The notes under the pieces were generated by a model. It ran no database searches and was not told the DNA's origin. It was given only the letters and a program-made list of their open reading frames with translations. A stretch of 64,000 nt of DNA from Gammaproteobacteria bacterium (GTDB lineage Bacteria > Pseudomonadota > Gammaproteobacteria > Ga0077536): the NCBI GenBank assembly GCA_963662545.2, contig CAXXLL010000003.1, forward strand, positions 608,001-672,000. The letters run 5' to 3'. Position 1 is the stretch's first letter, and each line of letters opens with the position of its first letter. Position numbers and translations under genes: made by a program. Below are positions 19,832 to 30,568 of the stretch, piece by piece.

Positions 19832-22546
19832 TCACACACGCGTGGTGATGTCCGCGAGGCGCACGGCGACCGTGCCGGTGAGATTCCAGAACAGCTGCGC
19901 TGCTATGCGCGGGTAACGGGACTGGATCCGTTCGAGGCTTTCCTGGTTCAGCCACAACACGCGCACGTCCGTCATGGCATCGATGTTGGCAGAGCGTTTG
20001 CCGGTAAAGAGCGCGATTTCGCCAAACACTTCGCCCGCATGCATCGCGCGCAACACCCGGTTGCCCTCCGGTCGTCACACCTGGGCGACGACGACGCCCT
20101 CAATCAGAATGCAGATCTCGTTGCCCTCTTCGCCAAACGAGAGGATACGGTCACCCGGTTCGTAAGGTTCGATTCGCCCGAACAGGGCCGCGATCCTTGC
20201 CTGTCGGTGGGTAAGGCCCTTAAACAGGGGGATCTTCTTATGCGGTTCCGAACCGAGGTCGACGGTGAGCACTTCCCACAGGGTGACAAATCGCAGACCG
20301 CTGCTAAGCGCCGGGCTGAGGGTGAGATCGACCAGCCACGCAAAAAACAGCGTCACCGCCGCGAGGATTCCAAATTCGACCTGATTGCGCAGATCGCTGA
20401 CGAGGAGTGCCAGGAAACCGGCGCACAACGCAGCGGTAGTGAAGGTCACCGGCCGGATAACCGCAGCGATCGCTCGCTCGACACCGAGTTCCTCGTTGGC
20501 CAGCTTGCGGGATTCCGTATTGAACCGGGAGAAGTAGTGAATGCTGTCGTCCACCGCAATACCGAGCGCCACCGTCGCGACCAGGCTTGTTGCAAGATTG
20601 AGCGTAATTCCGGTGAAGCCGAGGATCCCGAAAAACGCCGCGATGGGTAGCAGATTAGGAATGAGCGCTACGGCGCCGACACGCAAAGATCCGAACAAGA
20701 TTGAAAGGATGAGATAAATGATAATGAGCGCGCCCGACAGGCTCAGGATCTGCCCACGCGTGATCTCGTCCATCGTCTGCGCAAGCAGCACCGAACTGCC
20801 GGTGACCTTGCCGCGCAGGTGTTCGGGCAGCTCCTGAAGCCGATCTTCGATGCGGGTGACGAGCGCAATAAGATCGTTCGAGCTGACCGCACTCGACTGG
20901 ACGTGCATGAGCGTGCTCTTGTAGCGCGCATCCGCGAATCGCTTCACATCGTCGCCCGCGCCCAGCGACAACAATTGATCGGCAAGGTTATAAGTCCCGG
21001 GAATTGCCTCTTCTGGCGCAATGTCGGGCACGAAGGTGAGGTACAACATGCGCATGTAATCAACAAAAGAGACCGCTCCCCCAACTTCGGGCTGACTCGT
21101 CACCCAACGCTGCAACTTATCCAGCTCCCGCAGAACTTCGGGATTTTTGAACACATTCGGCACATCGCTCTCGATCAATATCTGTAGCGGCACGGCGCCG
21201 GAAAATGATTTCCCGACCTCGGCGAAATTTCTCCGTATTTCGCTGTCGGCGGGAAAGTTGCGCAGGTAGTCGGTGCCGACCTTGATCTGGTTCGCATAAA
21301 CAACTGAGAACATCGCAACCAGAAAGCCGCCGGCGAAAATAATCTTGCGATTCTCGAGATCGAACTTCGACAACTTCGGAGCAAAGTCCAGCAAGGCGCT
21401 ACGGCCGGTGGAGAGCCGTTTACCCGCAGGCAGAAATCGCAGCCCAACCGGCACCAGCACCACTGCGCAAAGCCAGCTCAGAATAGTCCCGAGCGCAGAG
21501 AACATCCCGAATACCTGGATAGTTTCGATATTGCTCGTCATCAACGAAATAAAGCCGACGCCCGTCGTAAAAGCCGTAAGGGTCAACGGCACGAATACCT
21601 CGCCCAGGGAATGCTTTATCGCCGCGATCTTCTCGTGCCCGGCGGCCAGCGCCCGTTCGAAATCGCTGATGACATGCACCGCATAGGCGAATCCGACGAC
21701 AAATACCACCGGCGGCATGATGACGGTGACAAAGTTGAGCGCGTAACCGGCGCGAATAAAGATCGCTATCGTGATCAGCAGCGAAATGCCATTGACGATC
21801 AGAGGCAACAAGACGCCGGGGAGCGAACGCAAGCCGATCATGCTGACCATGAAGGTCGCAAGGACGGCGAGCGGAAACACGATCTGAATATCAGCAAATA
21901 GGGTGCGGCCGGTTTCGAGACGTGCGACGATCGGGCCGGTCACGAATTGTTCAACATCCCCCGCCTCCTCCCGCGAGGCCAAGGCTATCGCATCGACCTT
22001 GCCGCCGAGTGCCGCCGTATCGAGAGTCGGATCGAAGTGCACGGCCAGCACCGCACCGCGACCGTCAGATGAAACGAGAGTGCCGATGTAGAGCGGATTG
22101 GAAAGGGCATCGTCCTTCAAGCCGCGTGCTTGCTCCATGTCGGCCGGAAGCATCTCGAGAAACGGGCCGATCTCAGTGAAATCTTCCTCTGCGCGCACGT
22201 ACGTCGCCGACGCAAGGCTGTCGACTGCCAGGATGCCGGGCAACTTCTCCAGCCTGCGTGTCAGTCGTTTAAGTGCGGCCAAACGCTCCGGTGTAAACAG
22301 ATCATCCGCAAGCCAAACGACGATAAGCACGTCGTCGCCGACAAATTTATCGCGTACATACGTGTAGACCTTCAGCGCCGGTCCTTCGGCCGGCAACAGG
22401 TTTTCTATCGACGAATCGATACTTACCCTGATCTGGCGATTCTGCAGATCAATAGCTTCGTTAAACGCGAAGAAGGTAATGACGAACGCAAAAAAAACGA
22501 CCACGTAAGGGTGGTCGACCAGCCCGTTCAGAAGCTTGGAAATCAA
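19832..22546 (-). pseudogene. MMPL/RND-family transporter with C-terminal cNMP-binding domain, interrupted by an in-frame TGA at 20075-20077
   Basis: Two MMPL halves (GIAVDDSIHY); ...VAQV-TGA-RPEGNRVLRAMHAGEVFGEIALFTGKRSA continues in the same frame to 19832. Confidence 0.85.
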
Positions 22547-22562
22547 AAGATGCCGTCAGTGT

Positions 22563-23375
22563 TCAGAGCGCCATTCCCAGGCGTTTCGGATGGAAGATGC
22601 CGTCGCTCAATTCGACATCAATCTCGATGTTCTCGAGAATCAGTTCTGTCCGCGTGTTCTTTTTCCGATCGTGCATGACCACGTGATGTGGGACATAACG
22701 ATCACTGACCTGTTTGATCTCATCCAGCGTGGCGAGCAATTCCTTACTCAGGTCGCCATTAACGTCGAAAAACTGCGTTTGCAAGGGGATGCAACGGGCT
22801 TGATCGACGAAGGTGAGTATCCGGCTGTAGACGGAGTCGGCGCCGCCCGGCGTGGTCTCCAGCACGTAGGCAGGCACACCGTTGACCGATTGGTCCTCGA
22901 TGCGTTTGGTATCAGTCTCGGCCGCCGTTTTCTGAAATTGAGAGAACTCCTCGTAGCTGAAATCCGTACCCATCATCGAGGTCGCAATTTGTTTGCCGGT
23001 GACACGACGCGTACGGTCCAGATCCGGTACGTACAGGTACATTTTCGGTTCCAGGGAATCGCTTTCAACCATCAGCACCGCGAGGCCCTTGCGACTCGCG
23101 GGGGCCGTCAAGCGGATCACGGCACGTGACTTGTCACCTTCGGCACGACGCCAGTACATGTTGCCAGCCGATTCTTCGATGAGACCGGATTCATCAAACG
23201 AGCGCAGAGTGATGATCTGGGTCAACGATATTTCGGGCATCAATTTGTCGATACAGGCCTGAATCGCCGGGTCGGATATCGTTGGCAGATCGGCTGCCAC
23301 TAAAATCGCCGACACGAACGCCGATGACAGGAGCACAATGACCCGCGCGGAGCGGGAAGGTCGTGGTGTAGACAT
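22563..23375 (-). CDS. Outer-membrane lipoprotein-sorting (LolA-like) protein
   Basis: Signal peptide; LYVPDL..RRV...MGTDFSYEE...YSRI motif; upstream of the MMPL gene. Confidence 0.82.
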   Translation of the reverse strand: MSTPRPSRSARVIVLLSSAFVSAILVAADLPTISDPAIQACIDKLMPEISLTQIITLRSFDESGLIEESAGNMYWRRAEGDKSRAVIRLTAPASRKGLAVLMVESDSLEPKMYLYVPDLDRTRRVTGKQIATSMMGTDFSYEEFSQFQKTAAETDTKRIEDQSVNGVPAYVLETTPGGADSVYSRILTFVDQARCIPLQTQFFDVNGDLSKELLATLDEIKQVSDRYVPHHVVMHDRKKNTRTELILENIEIDVELSDGIFHPKRLGMAL

Positions 23376-23755
23376 CGCAAGAGAGCCGTTGTTGCTTTTA
23401 GTATACGAAGAATAAAAGCCCCTATCCTTAAAGTCCACGGCGTTCGTACACTGATTTTACGGATACCGCAGAATAGGCTCCGGACTTCCCCCACAACAGT
23501 AGACACGTCCGGCCTGATATTTGAGCTCAGGAGGAGGCCCTGTTAGCAGGCAAAGATACGCACCAGAACTTGCGTACGAAGCGGATCGTCAGATTACGGA
23601 TCGCGGCTTTTTCAATCGCCGTAGTTTCGGTGTGGTGGCAGGTCGATAGGCCACCCTGACCTAATATCAGTTACGATACCTTAGAACTTTTCTTCATCGA
23701 AGGGGTGGCTTAGTTATCGCGCAATTCCTAGTCTCGCCCCAAAGAATGAGCCGCC

Positions 23756-25175
23756 ATGCCAGGAGAACACACTGATAAAACAACGACCGGCGTAGTACGA
23801 CGACTCTCCGCCATCTTCAGTACTGACGTGCAAGGATATAGCCGTCTCATGGGTGATGACGAAGAGGCGACTATCCGGACCTTGACGGACTATCGCGAAG
23901 TTCTTTCCTCGATGATCCAGCAGCATAACGGTCGGGTCGTTGATTCACCTGGAGATAATTTGCTGGCCGAGTTTGCGAGTGCGGTCGATGCTGTCCGTTG
24001 TGGCGCGGCCGCCCAGAAAAAATTGGCAGCAAGAAATGCGGCTTTGCCTGAATCGCGGAAAATGCACTTTCGCATTGGCATCAACGTTGGCGATGTTGTC
24101 GTTGAAGCCGAGCGGATCTACGGCGATGGGGTGAATATTGCCGCTCGTATCGAGGGGCTGGCCGACGGCGGTGGGGTCTGTATCTCCGGTACCGTGTATG
24201 ACCAGGTCGAGGGCAAGCTCGATTTTTCGTATCAACCCCTGGGTGAGCAGGCATTAAAGAATATTGCCAAACTGATCCGCGTCTACCGCGTTATTGCAGA
24301 CCCCGCGGTGATCGAACAATCCGAGGTAGAAACTAGGGGTCCTTCCGCAACGCCGCCGGACCAGCGTCCTGCGTTACCGGATAAACCTTCGATTGCCGTT
24401 CTGCCGTTCGTAAATCGCAGTCAAGATCCGGATCAAGAGTATTTCAGCGACGGTATGACCGAAGACCTGATTACCGATCTATCGAAGATCTCAGGCTTAT
24501 TCGTTATCTCCCGCAATTCTGTCTTCTCGTACAAAGGCGCAGCGGTACGACATGAAGAGGTAAGTAAAGAACTCGGCGTGCGCTACATTCTTGAAGGCAG
24601 TGTGCGCAAAGCGGGCAATCGTATCCGCATTACGGCTCAGCTAATTGACGCCACGACCGACTACCATTTATGGGCCGAGCGTTACGACCGGCAGCTTGAC
24701 GATATTTTCGCGCTCCAGGATGAAGTCATCCAGCACATCGTATCTGCCTTAGCAATACAGCTTACAACTGGAGAACAGGCTCGGGTGGGTACCGCACCCA
24801 CCCAGAATCTTGAGGCGTATGACGCCTTCGTGCGCGGACGAGAAGAATATGCCCGCCGCGATAGGGAAGCGAATCTTCAGTCGCGCGAACTTTTTCAACA
24901 GGCAATAGAATTAGATCCGGAATACGCCGAAGCTTACGCGTATCTCGGACGCACGTATCTCACCGAGCTGATTAACCAGTGGAGTTCCGATCCCGAAATC
25001 ATCGAGAAAATATTCGCTTTCGGGCAGAAAGCGGTCGAACTAAATGAAAGTCAACCCACGGCGCACGAAACACTGGCTTACGCCTTACTCGCGAAAAGGG
25101 AGCACGACGAGGCGATCGCCGAAGCTCGGAAAGCTATTAGCTATGACCCCAATTTTGCCGAGGCCTATATAAGTT
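23756..25175 (+). pseudogene. Class III nucleotide cyclase-TolB-like-TPR protein, 5' part (IS-interrupted)
   Basis: RRLSAIFSTDVQGYSRLM, GD, RIGINVGD, GDGVNIAARIE; PSIAVLPF; TPRs. Confidence 0.9.
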
Positions 25176-26560
25176 GGGTCTACGCGGAAACGTGTGGATT
25201 GATATTGGCATTTCTGGGTAGTGGCGGAAGAAATGCCGCAATGATTTTCAGTTTGAGGAATTCCTCATCACGATAGCCATAGGCGCGTCGTTGCAGGACC
25301 CGGATTTTGTTGTTGACCCCTTCGACCAATCCAAGACTGACTTTATTCTTAGCATCACAATAGGAAGCAATGCCATCCCAATGGGATTCAATCAGCTCAG
25401 CAAACTTGCGATACGGCGCCAATCGCTGCCATTTCAGACTGTCCTTCCAGCGCTCGAAAAAGGCACGCGCGCCGCGCTCGGTACGGTAGTCCCAGAGTTG
25501 GCCGAAGGTTTCCTTGAGGACGTAGGCGGTGTTCAGACGCCGGTTGGCCTGGAGCAGTTTTTTCAGGGCTCGTCTGCCATCCAGATTCAGGTTCTCGCGT
25601 CGCGAGAGCAAGGTATATCGCTGGCCTTTGATGTAACTCCTGTCCTTGCCGCGGAGACGTTTGTATTCACGGCGCCGGACTTCATCGAGAGCCTTTGAGA
25701 GGTGGCGCATGATATGGAACTTGTCATAGATGATCCGCGCCTGCGGTGCGTTGTTCATGACCGAGTTACGGAACGGCTTCCACATGTCCATCGCCGCCAG
25801 TTCGATGCGAGCGCTCTTGTTCTCGCCCAATGCCTGGAAAAACAGGTCGATGTCAGCCTCTTTGCGACCTTCACCACCGACCCAGATAGGACGCCCCCGA
25901 TCCAGGTCACTGACGATGACCCGGTAGTTATGTCCTTTGCGGATGGAGATCTCATCAATACCGATGGCCCGGGGTGCTGGCATGCCCGCCAGCTCAACCT
26001 GCTTTTGCATGTACAGCTTATCGAGGTCTTTCACCGTGCTGTGGTGCAGGCGTTCCCTCTCGGCGACAGCCTGGTTCGGCATGTCCCGGCACAGCTTGCC
26101 CACCTGCATGGCAAAGCGCTGCGTATAGCGAGGGTTCTTTGCCAGCCAGTCAAGATGTTCTACCTGCACGCCGCCGCACCTCCGGCAACTGACACGCCAG
26201 CGTTCGAACTCCAGGTAGATTCGCCATCCGGCAACTGACAGGTCTCGTACTCGCAGCACCTTCTTGTCGTAACGCCCGCGGCACCGGTGAGCACAGTGAG
26301 AACAGATCGCTGTTTTTTTCGCCTCTTGAGTTGGATCACACGGGCATACCGATCACCAAACATGCCCACCAATTTCGATGCGGCGGTAAAACCAGGGAAC
26401 GCAAACAGCGCTCGGATCGACTTGGGATTCTTCATGGCCTTAGCCTACCCACAAAATGAAACCACTTTCACCCCATACGAAATCTCTGAATGTCTACATG
26501 ATTTCAATGGTTTACACTTGGTCTAATTCAGAATTTACCCACATGAATCCGCGTAGACCC
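25176..26560 (-). mobile_element. ISL3-family insertion sequence (1385 bp)
   Basis: TIRs GGGTCTACGCGGA (19/22 match), flanks TATAAGTT / GATAAGTT. Confidence 0.95.
25180..26435 (-). CDS. ISL3 transposase, two frames joined by a probable -1 frameshift
   Basis: GIDE, AMDMW, DKFH, EGVNNKI, AYGYR motifs; orfA ...RRKK on an A7 run (26313-26319) shifts into TAICSHC Zn finger. Confidence 0.9.
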
Positions 26561-26951
26561 GATAAGTTTAGCGGAAATCCTGAGTTTTGCGGGGCAGGCG
26601 CGCGAAGCTATACCGCTTATCGAGCAAGCAATGCGCCTCAATCCACGCTACACGCCCAACTATCTGTGGGCATTAGGTAACGCACATAGGCTGCTCGGAA
26701 ATTATGATCAGGCGATCCCCATTTTCAAACGTGTAGTCACACGAAACCCGGATCACCTCGTCTCGTATCTCATGCTCGCCGCATCCTATATTGAGACAGG
26801 CCGTATCGAGGCCGCGCAAGCTGCAGCGCAAGAGATCTTACGCATCAGCCCTAATTATTCGCTTGAACTGGCGCACGGACGCTCGCCATATCGAGATGCA
26901 GAAGTCGTTGAGCTCCAGTATGAGAGTTTGCGTCAAGCCGGGTTGGAGTAG
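26561..26951 (+). pseudogene. Cyclase-TPR gene, 3' remainder after the IS
   Basis: Removing the IS and one target copy gives ...NFAEAYIS-LAEILSFAGQAREAIPLIEQAMRLNP...LRQAGLE*. Confidence 0.9.
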
Positions 26952-27050
26952 GCATGTTGGAATGCGGTCGACGTAGTTTTTGGAAATAGAGATATTTCGC
27001 AAATTGAATTTCCGGACACCTATAATCCCGAAACGCTGCACCAGGGACTT

Positions 27051-27176
27051 GGGGTCTTGCCTTTTGCCTACTTCAAATAAAACGAGAAAACCGTAAATCC
27101 CATTGGGACATGCATGTGCACGGCAGGTTTATATGTTCGGACGACCGATTCACAGGCAAAAGGCAAGACTTGACCC
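27051..27176. repeat. REP/REPIN-like inverted-repeat element
   Basis: Perfect 16-bp IR GTCTTGCCTTTTGCCT (27054-27069) / AGGCAAAAGGCAAGAC (27154-27169), with GGGGTC and TGACCC ends. Confidence 0.6.
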
Positions 27177-27226
27177 TAGGATCACGGTCCCCGTTTGACG
27201 ACCTATAGCTATTTTTTGCCGCCCCT

Positions 27227-27976
27227 TCAGGCACCGAACCCGATCCGACCTATTCCCGGCAACTTGATCGCCGGACGCAGTGGGTCGATCCCGAACACCA
27301 AGCCGAAGATGTTGACCTCCAGACCTTCGGTCTTCGCGGCAAGAATACCCAGTGCGCCGCCCAGCGAGACCTGCCCGCCCGTCCCGCTCGGCGCGCGCCC
27401 GATCAACGCGCCGCCGGAGAGGTAATCCTTGCCTATCGCCGTCGTCGGCAATTCGAGATTTAGAGCCGGGATCTGGCGTGCGACGAACGCAACGAAGGTG
27501 TTGCTGTTCGGCCCCGGCCACAAGCGGTATTCATCCGTATAAGGGTAGCTGGCGACCGCGGCCTCGATGTCACCGATTAGGGAGGCGGCCCACGCGCCGC
27601 GCAAATCCAGAATGATGCGCGGCTCCGCTTCGTACCAACGGCGATCGGGCAGGTCGAACTTAGAGTCGACCAAAGATCGCCCATACCACAGGTTCCAGCC
27701 CAGCACTTGATGTACCTTGTATTGGTCGGCGTCCGGGGCCTTTGTTGCGATCCAAGTGTGCACCGCGAACAAGCCACGCCAGCTGAACGCCCGCGCCGCG
27801 TATACCTGGATCACGGCTTCGCTGGTCGTCACTGGATCAGGTGCGAGCCCGACGCTGTCGCGGTTCGCTGTACGCCAGTCGGCATTCAGGCTGATCGCGC
27901 CGCTCACTGCGATCAGTGCCGGACCTGAGAGTATCACCGTCATGAAAAGGACCAATCGTCGCAGCCATTTAAGCAT
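27227..27976 (-). CDS. DUF3750-family protein
   Basis: WRTANRDSVGLAPDP, AVHTWI, YRLWPGPNSNTF, AIGKDY; start ATG 27976 inferred. Confidence 0.85.
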   Translation of the reverse strand: MLKWLRRLVLFMTVILSGPALIAVSGAISLNADWRTANRDSVGLAPDPVTTSEAVIQVYAARAFSWRGLFAVHTWIATKAPDADQYKVHQVLGWNLWYGRSLVDSKFDLPDRRWYEAEPRIILDLRGAWAASLIGDIEAAVASYPYTDEYRLWPGPNSNTFVAFVARQIPALNLELPTTAIGKDYLSGGALIGRAPSGTGGQVSLGGALGILAAKTEGLEVNIFGLVFGIDPLRPAIKLPGIGRIGFGA

Positions 27977-28140
27977 TGCCCAATGATAATACGGATCATG
28001 TCCGTGATAACGTTTACTGATGCTCAGGTCTGCAGGAACAGGCTTGCTGAGTTCCCTCCGGGGAACAAACGCGTCCGAAGTCAGGTCTGACCGGAACGGA
28101 CCACGATGCCCCCCGAATCTTAAATTCGATACACTCAGCA

Positions 28141-28776
28141 ATGATTGACGTCCGACGCCGCCGCATATCGATGGGCGCGATCGCCTGCTTGTTGTCGGTG
28201 GGTGCCTGCGGGCGCGACCTGCTCGACCCGACACCAGGCCAGCCCCGCGGCCCCTTCTACCCGCACGCGTTGCCGATGGATGACGACAACGACCTGACGC
28301 AGGTAGTGGGCCACGACGGACGTGCCTCGGGAAAGATCTGCGATCTGGACGGCCGCCTGCTCGACATGAACGGCGAGCGGGTGCCGAATACACGGATCGA
28401 GATCTGGCAGTGCGATGCGAACGGGCGTTATCACTATTCCCGGGACCGACGGCCCGAGGCTGCGGATCCACGTTTTCAGGGTCACGGCCACACCGTAACC
28501 GACCGAGACGGGCGTTACCGCTTCAGGACCATACGACCGGTCCGCTACCCGGGCCGAACGCCGCACATCCATTTCGCCGTCGTTCCCCGCGGCCTGCGAC
28601 CCTTCACGACTCAGCTCTACGTCGCGGGCGAACCGCAGAACGATCGCGATCCGCTCTACCGTCGCATTCCGATCACGGCGCGGCACCTTGTCATCGCTGA
28701 TTTCCTTCCCGCCGAGACGCCGGGCACCGATTTCCGCGTCACCTACGACATCGTTCTTGGATTTACAGAAGCGTGA
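28141..28776 (+). CDS. Intradiol ring-cleavage dioxygenase family protein (protocatechuate 3,4-dioxygenase-like), possible Tat/lipoprotein signal
   Basis: GPFYP, EIWQCDANGRY, FRTIRPVRY, RTPHIH; N-terminal RRRR. Confidence 0.85.
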   Translation: MIDVRRRRISMGAIACLLSVGACGRDLLDPTPGQPRGPFYPHALPMDDDNDLTQVVGHDGRASGKICDLDGRLLDMNGERVPNTRIEIWQCDANGRYHYSRDRRPEAADPRFQGHGHTVTDRDGRYRFRTIRPVRYPGRTPHIHFAVVPRGLRPFTTQLYVAGEPQNDRDPLYRRIPITARHLVIADFLPAETPGTDFRVTYDIVLGFTEA

Positions 28777-28873
28777 GAACGAAACCGCACACGATCTTCA
28801 AGGACTTGGTCTTAATCGGCGACGACCAAGTCACCTGGCGGTGCTGCGCGGAAATACGGGGGCATTTAGCTAG

Positions 28874-30568
28874 TGTGCATCCCTAAACGCGATGCGGTTG
28901 AAATAAAAAGGAAAATTTGTCGCTTAAGGGATCGAAACCTCCGGTGGGTCGTGATCTAATGGAACTTCAAACCTCTGATTTTCCACACAATCATCGACAC
29001 CACAGGAGGGGGAATGCGTCAGAAACGCACGGCCCAAGCGAGTATATACGAGCTGTTTGCTGACCATGACCTGGGGCGAGAGCTGCAGGGCATGTCCGAG
29101 TGGCTCGATGCTCACCCCAAGGTCCTCACGCCGGTCATGAACGATCTGTGTCGGCGGGGTTTGAAGCCCACCGGTCGACGCGGACTGTCGGCGGAGTCGG
29201 TGCTGCGCTGCGCGGTGCTCAAGCAGCACCGGCAATTGAGTTACGAGGAGCTGGCCTTTCACCTGCAGGACTCGGCGAGCTTTCAGGCCTTCGCCCGGTT
29301 GCCGGGTAATGAACGTCCGAAGAAGTCTGCCTTACAGCGGGTGGTCTCGGCGATCCAGGTATCGACGTGGGAGTCTATTCATCGCGCCCTGCTGGCGACG
29401 GCGAAAGAGACGCGCATTGAGCCGGCACAGCGTGTACGGATTGATAGCACGGTAACGGACAGTGCCATCCACGCGCCGAGCGACAGTCATCTGCTGTGGG
29501 ATGGCGTGCGTGTTGTGGTTCGTCTGCTCGCACAGGCGCGCGAGTTGCCTGGCGCGCCGGAGTTGTGCTTCGTGAACCACACTCGATTGGCGAAGAAGCG
29601 TGCGCGGGCGCTGTGGTATGCGCGTGGTGCGAAGCAACGCCAACGTCTGTATCGCGATTTGATTGGGGCGACGCGTTCAACCTTGGAAGCGGTAGCGAGG
29701 GTACGTGAGCAGCTGCTGAGCCCGGGCGTCACCGGCGTTGAACTGCCGGACTGGCTAGCGCAGGTAGCGCACTACGAAACACTTGTTCTGCAGGTGATTT
29801 CGCAAACTGAGCGGCGGGTGTTCGGCGGTGAGAAGGTCCCCGCGAGCGAGAAGTGCGTGAGCTTGTTCGAGCCGCATACCGACATCATCATAAAGGGTGC
29901 GCGCGACGTTCAGTACGGACACAAAATCAATCTGGCTTCGGGGCGCAGTGGCCTCATCCTCGACGTGGTCATCGAGCGAGGCAATCCGGTCGATAGTCAG
30001 CGCTTCATGCCGATGCTCGAACGGCATCGAACACACTACGGGACGATGCCACGACAGGTCGCCGCCGATGGCGGCTATGCGAGCCTCGACAATCTCCGGG
30101 CGGCGAAAGCAGAAGGCATCGAAGACGTTGCCTTCCACAAGAAGCGCGGGCTCGCGATCGCCGACATGGTCAAGAGTCAGTGGGTCTATCGACGCTTGCG
30201 CAACTTCCGCGCCGGCATCGAGGCCGGTATCTCCTGCCTGAAGCGTGCATACGGATTGGCACGTTGCACCTGGAAGAGCCTGCCGCACTTCGAAGCCTAC
30301 GTGTGGTCTTCTGTGGTCGCCTACAACCTCAGCCTGCTCGCGCGCTATCAACTCGAATAGCGACGTTCACTCGCACTAACTGACCTCCTCGATATCGTCG
30401 AACGGGCGACTTTGGGTTGCAACGCTCTGCGGCCGGCGAACGTACTCACAATTACGCTCGAAGAGCCCTTCGACCCCCACCGAACCGCCGCTACCGCTCC
30501 AACAACCTACTTTCAACACCTCGATTTCTCCGTGCCCATCGAAGAAAATGCCTGTTTATGGACGGACA
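28874..30568 (+). mobile_element. ISNCY-type insertion sequence (about 1.7 kb)
   Basis: Ends TGTGCATCCCTAAAC / GTTTATGGACGGACA; CTAG on both sides, itself flanked by TTAG, so the exact boundary is ambiguous by 4 bp. Confidence 0.88.
29014..30360 (+). CDS. DDE transposase (ISNCY-type)
   Basis: RIDSTV, SLFEPHTDII.KG...YGHK, ADGGYAS, RNFRAGIEAGISCLKR; intact 448 aa. Confidence 0.92.
   Translation: MRQKRTAQASIYELFADHDLGRELQGMSEWLDAHPKVLTPVMNDLCRRGLKPTGRRGLSAESVLRCAVLKQHRQLSYEELAFHLQDSASFQAFARLPGNERPKKSALQRVVSAIQVSTWESIHRALLATAKETRIEPAQRVRIDSTVTDSAIHAPSDSHLLWDGVRVVVRLLAQARELPGAPELCFVNHTRLAKKRARALWYARGAKQRQRLYRDLIGATRSTLEAVARVREQLLSPGVTGVELPDWLAQVAHYETLVLQVISQTERRVFGGEKVPASEKCVSLFEPHTDIIIKGARDVQYGHKINLASGRSGLILDVVIERGNPVDSQRFMPMLERHRTHYGTMPRQVAADGGYASLDNLRAAKAEGIEDVAFHKKRGLAIADMVKSQWVYRRLRNFRAGIEAGISCLKRAYGLARCTWKSLPHFEAYVWSSVVAYNLSLLARYQLE

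Noticed and set aside
20050-20077. Selenocysteine at the in-frame TGA of the MMPL-cNMP gene
   Set aside because: The position is not a Cys/redox site, and the hairpin loop begins only about 7 nt after the UGA, closer than in canonical bacterial SECIS elements.
27977-28471. Long N-terminal extensions in the track (also 12120, 54463, 55503, 59347)
   Set aside because: They overlap neighbouring real genes; downstream starts fit family N-termini and gene coupling.
28803-28832. Hairpin GACTTGGTC...GACCAAGTC after the dioxygenase gene as a terminator
   Set aside because: 12-nt loop and no U-tract; not supportable as an intrinsic terminator.
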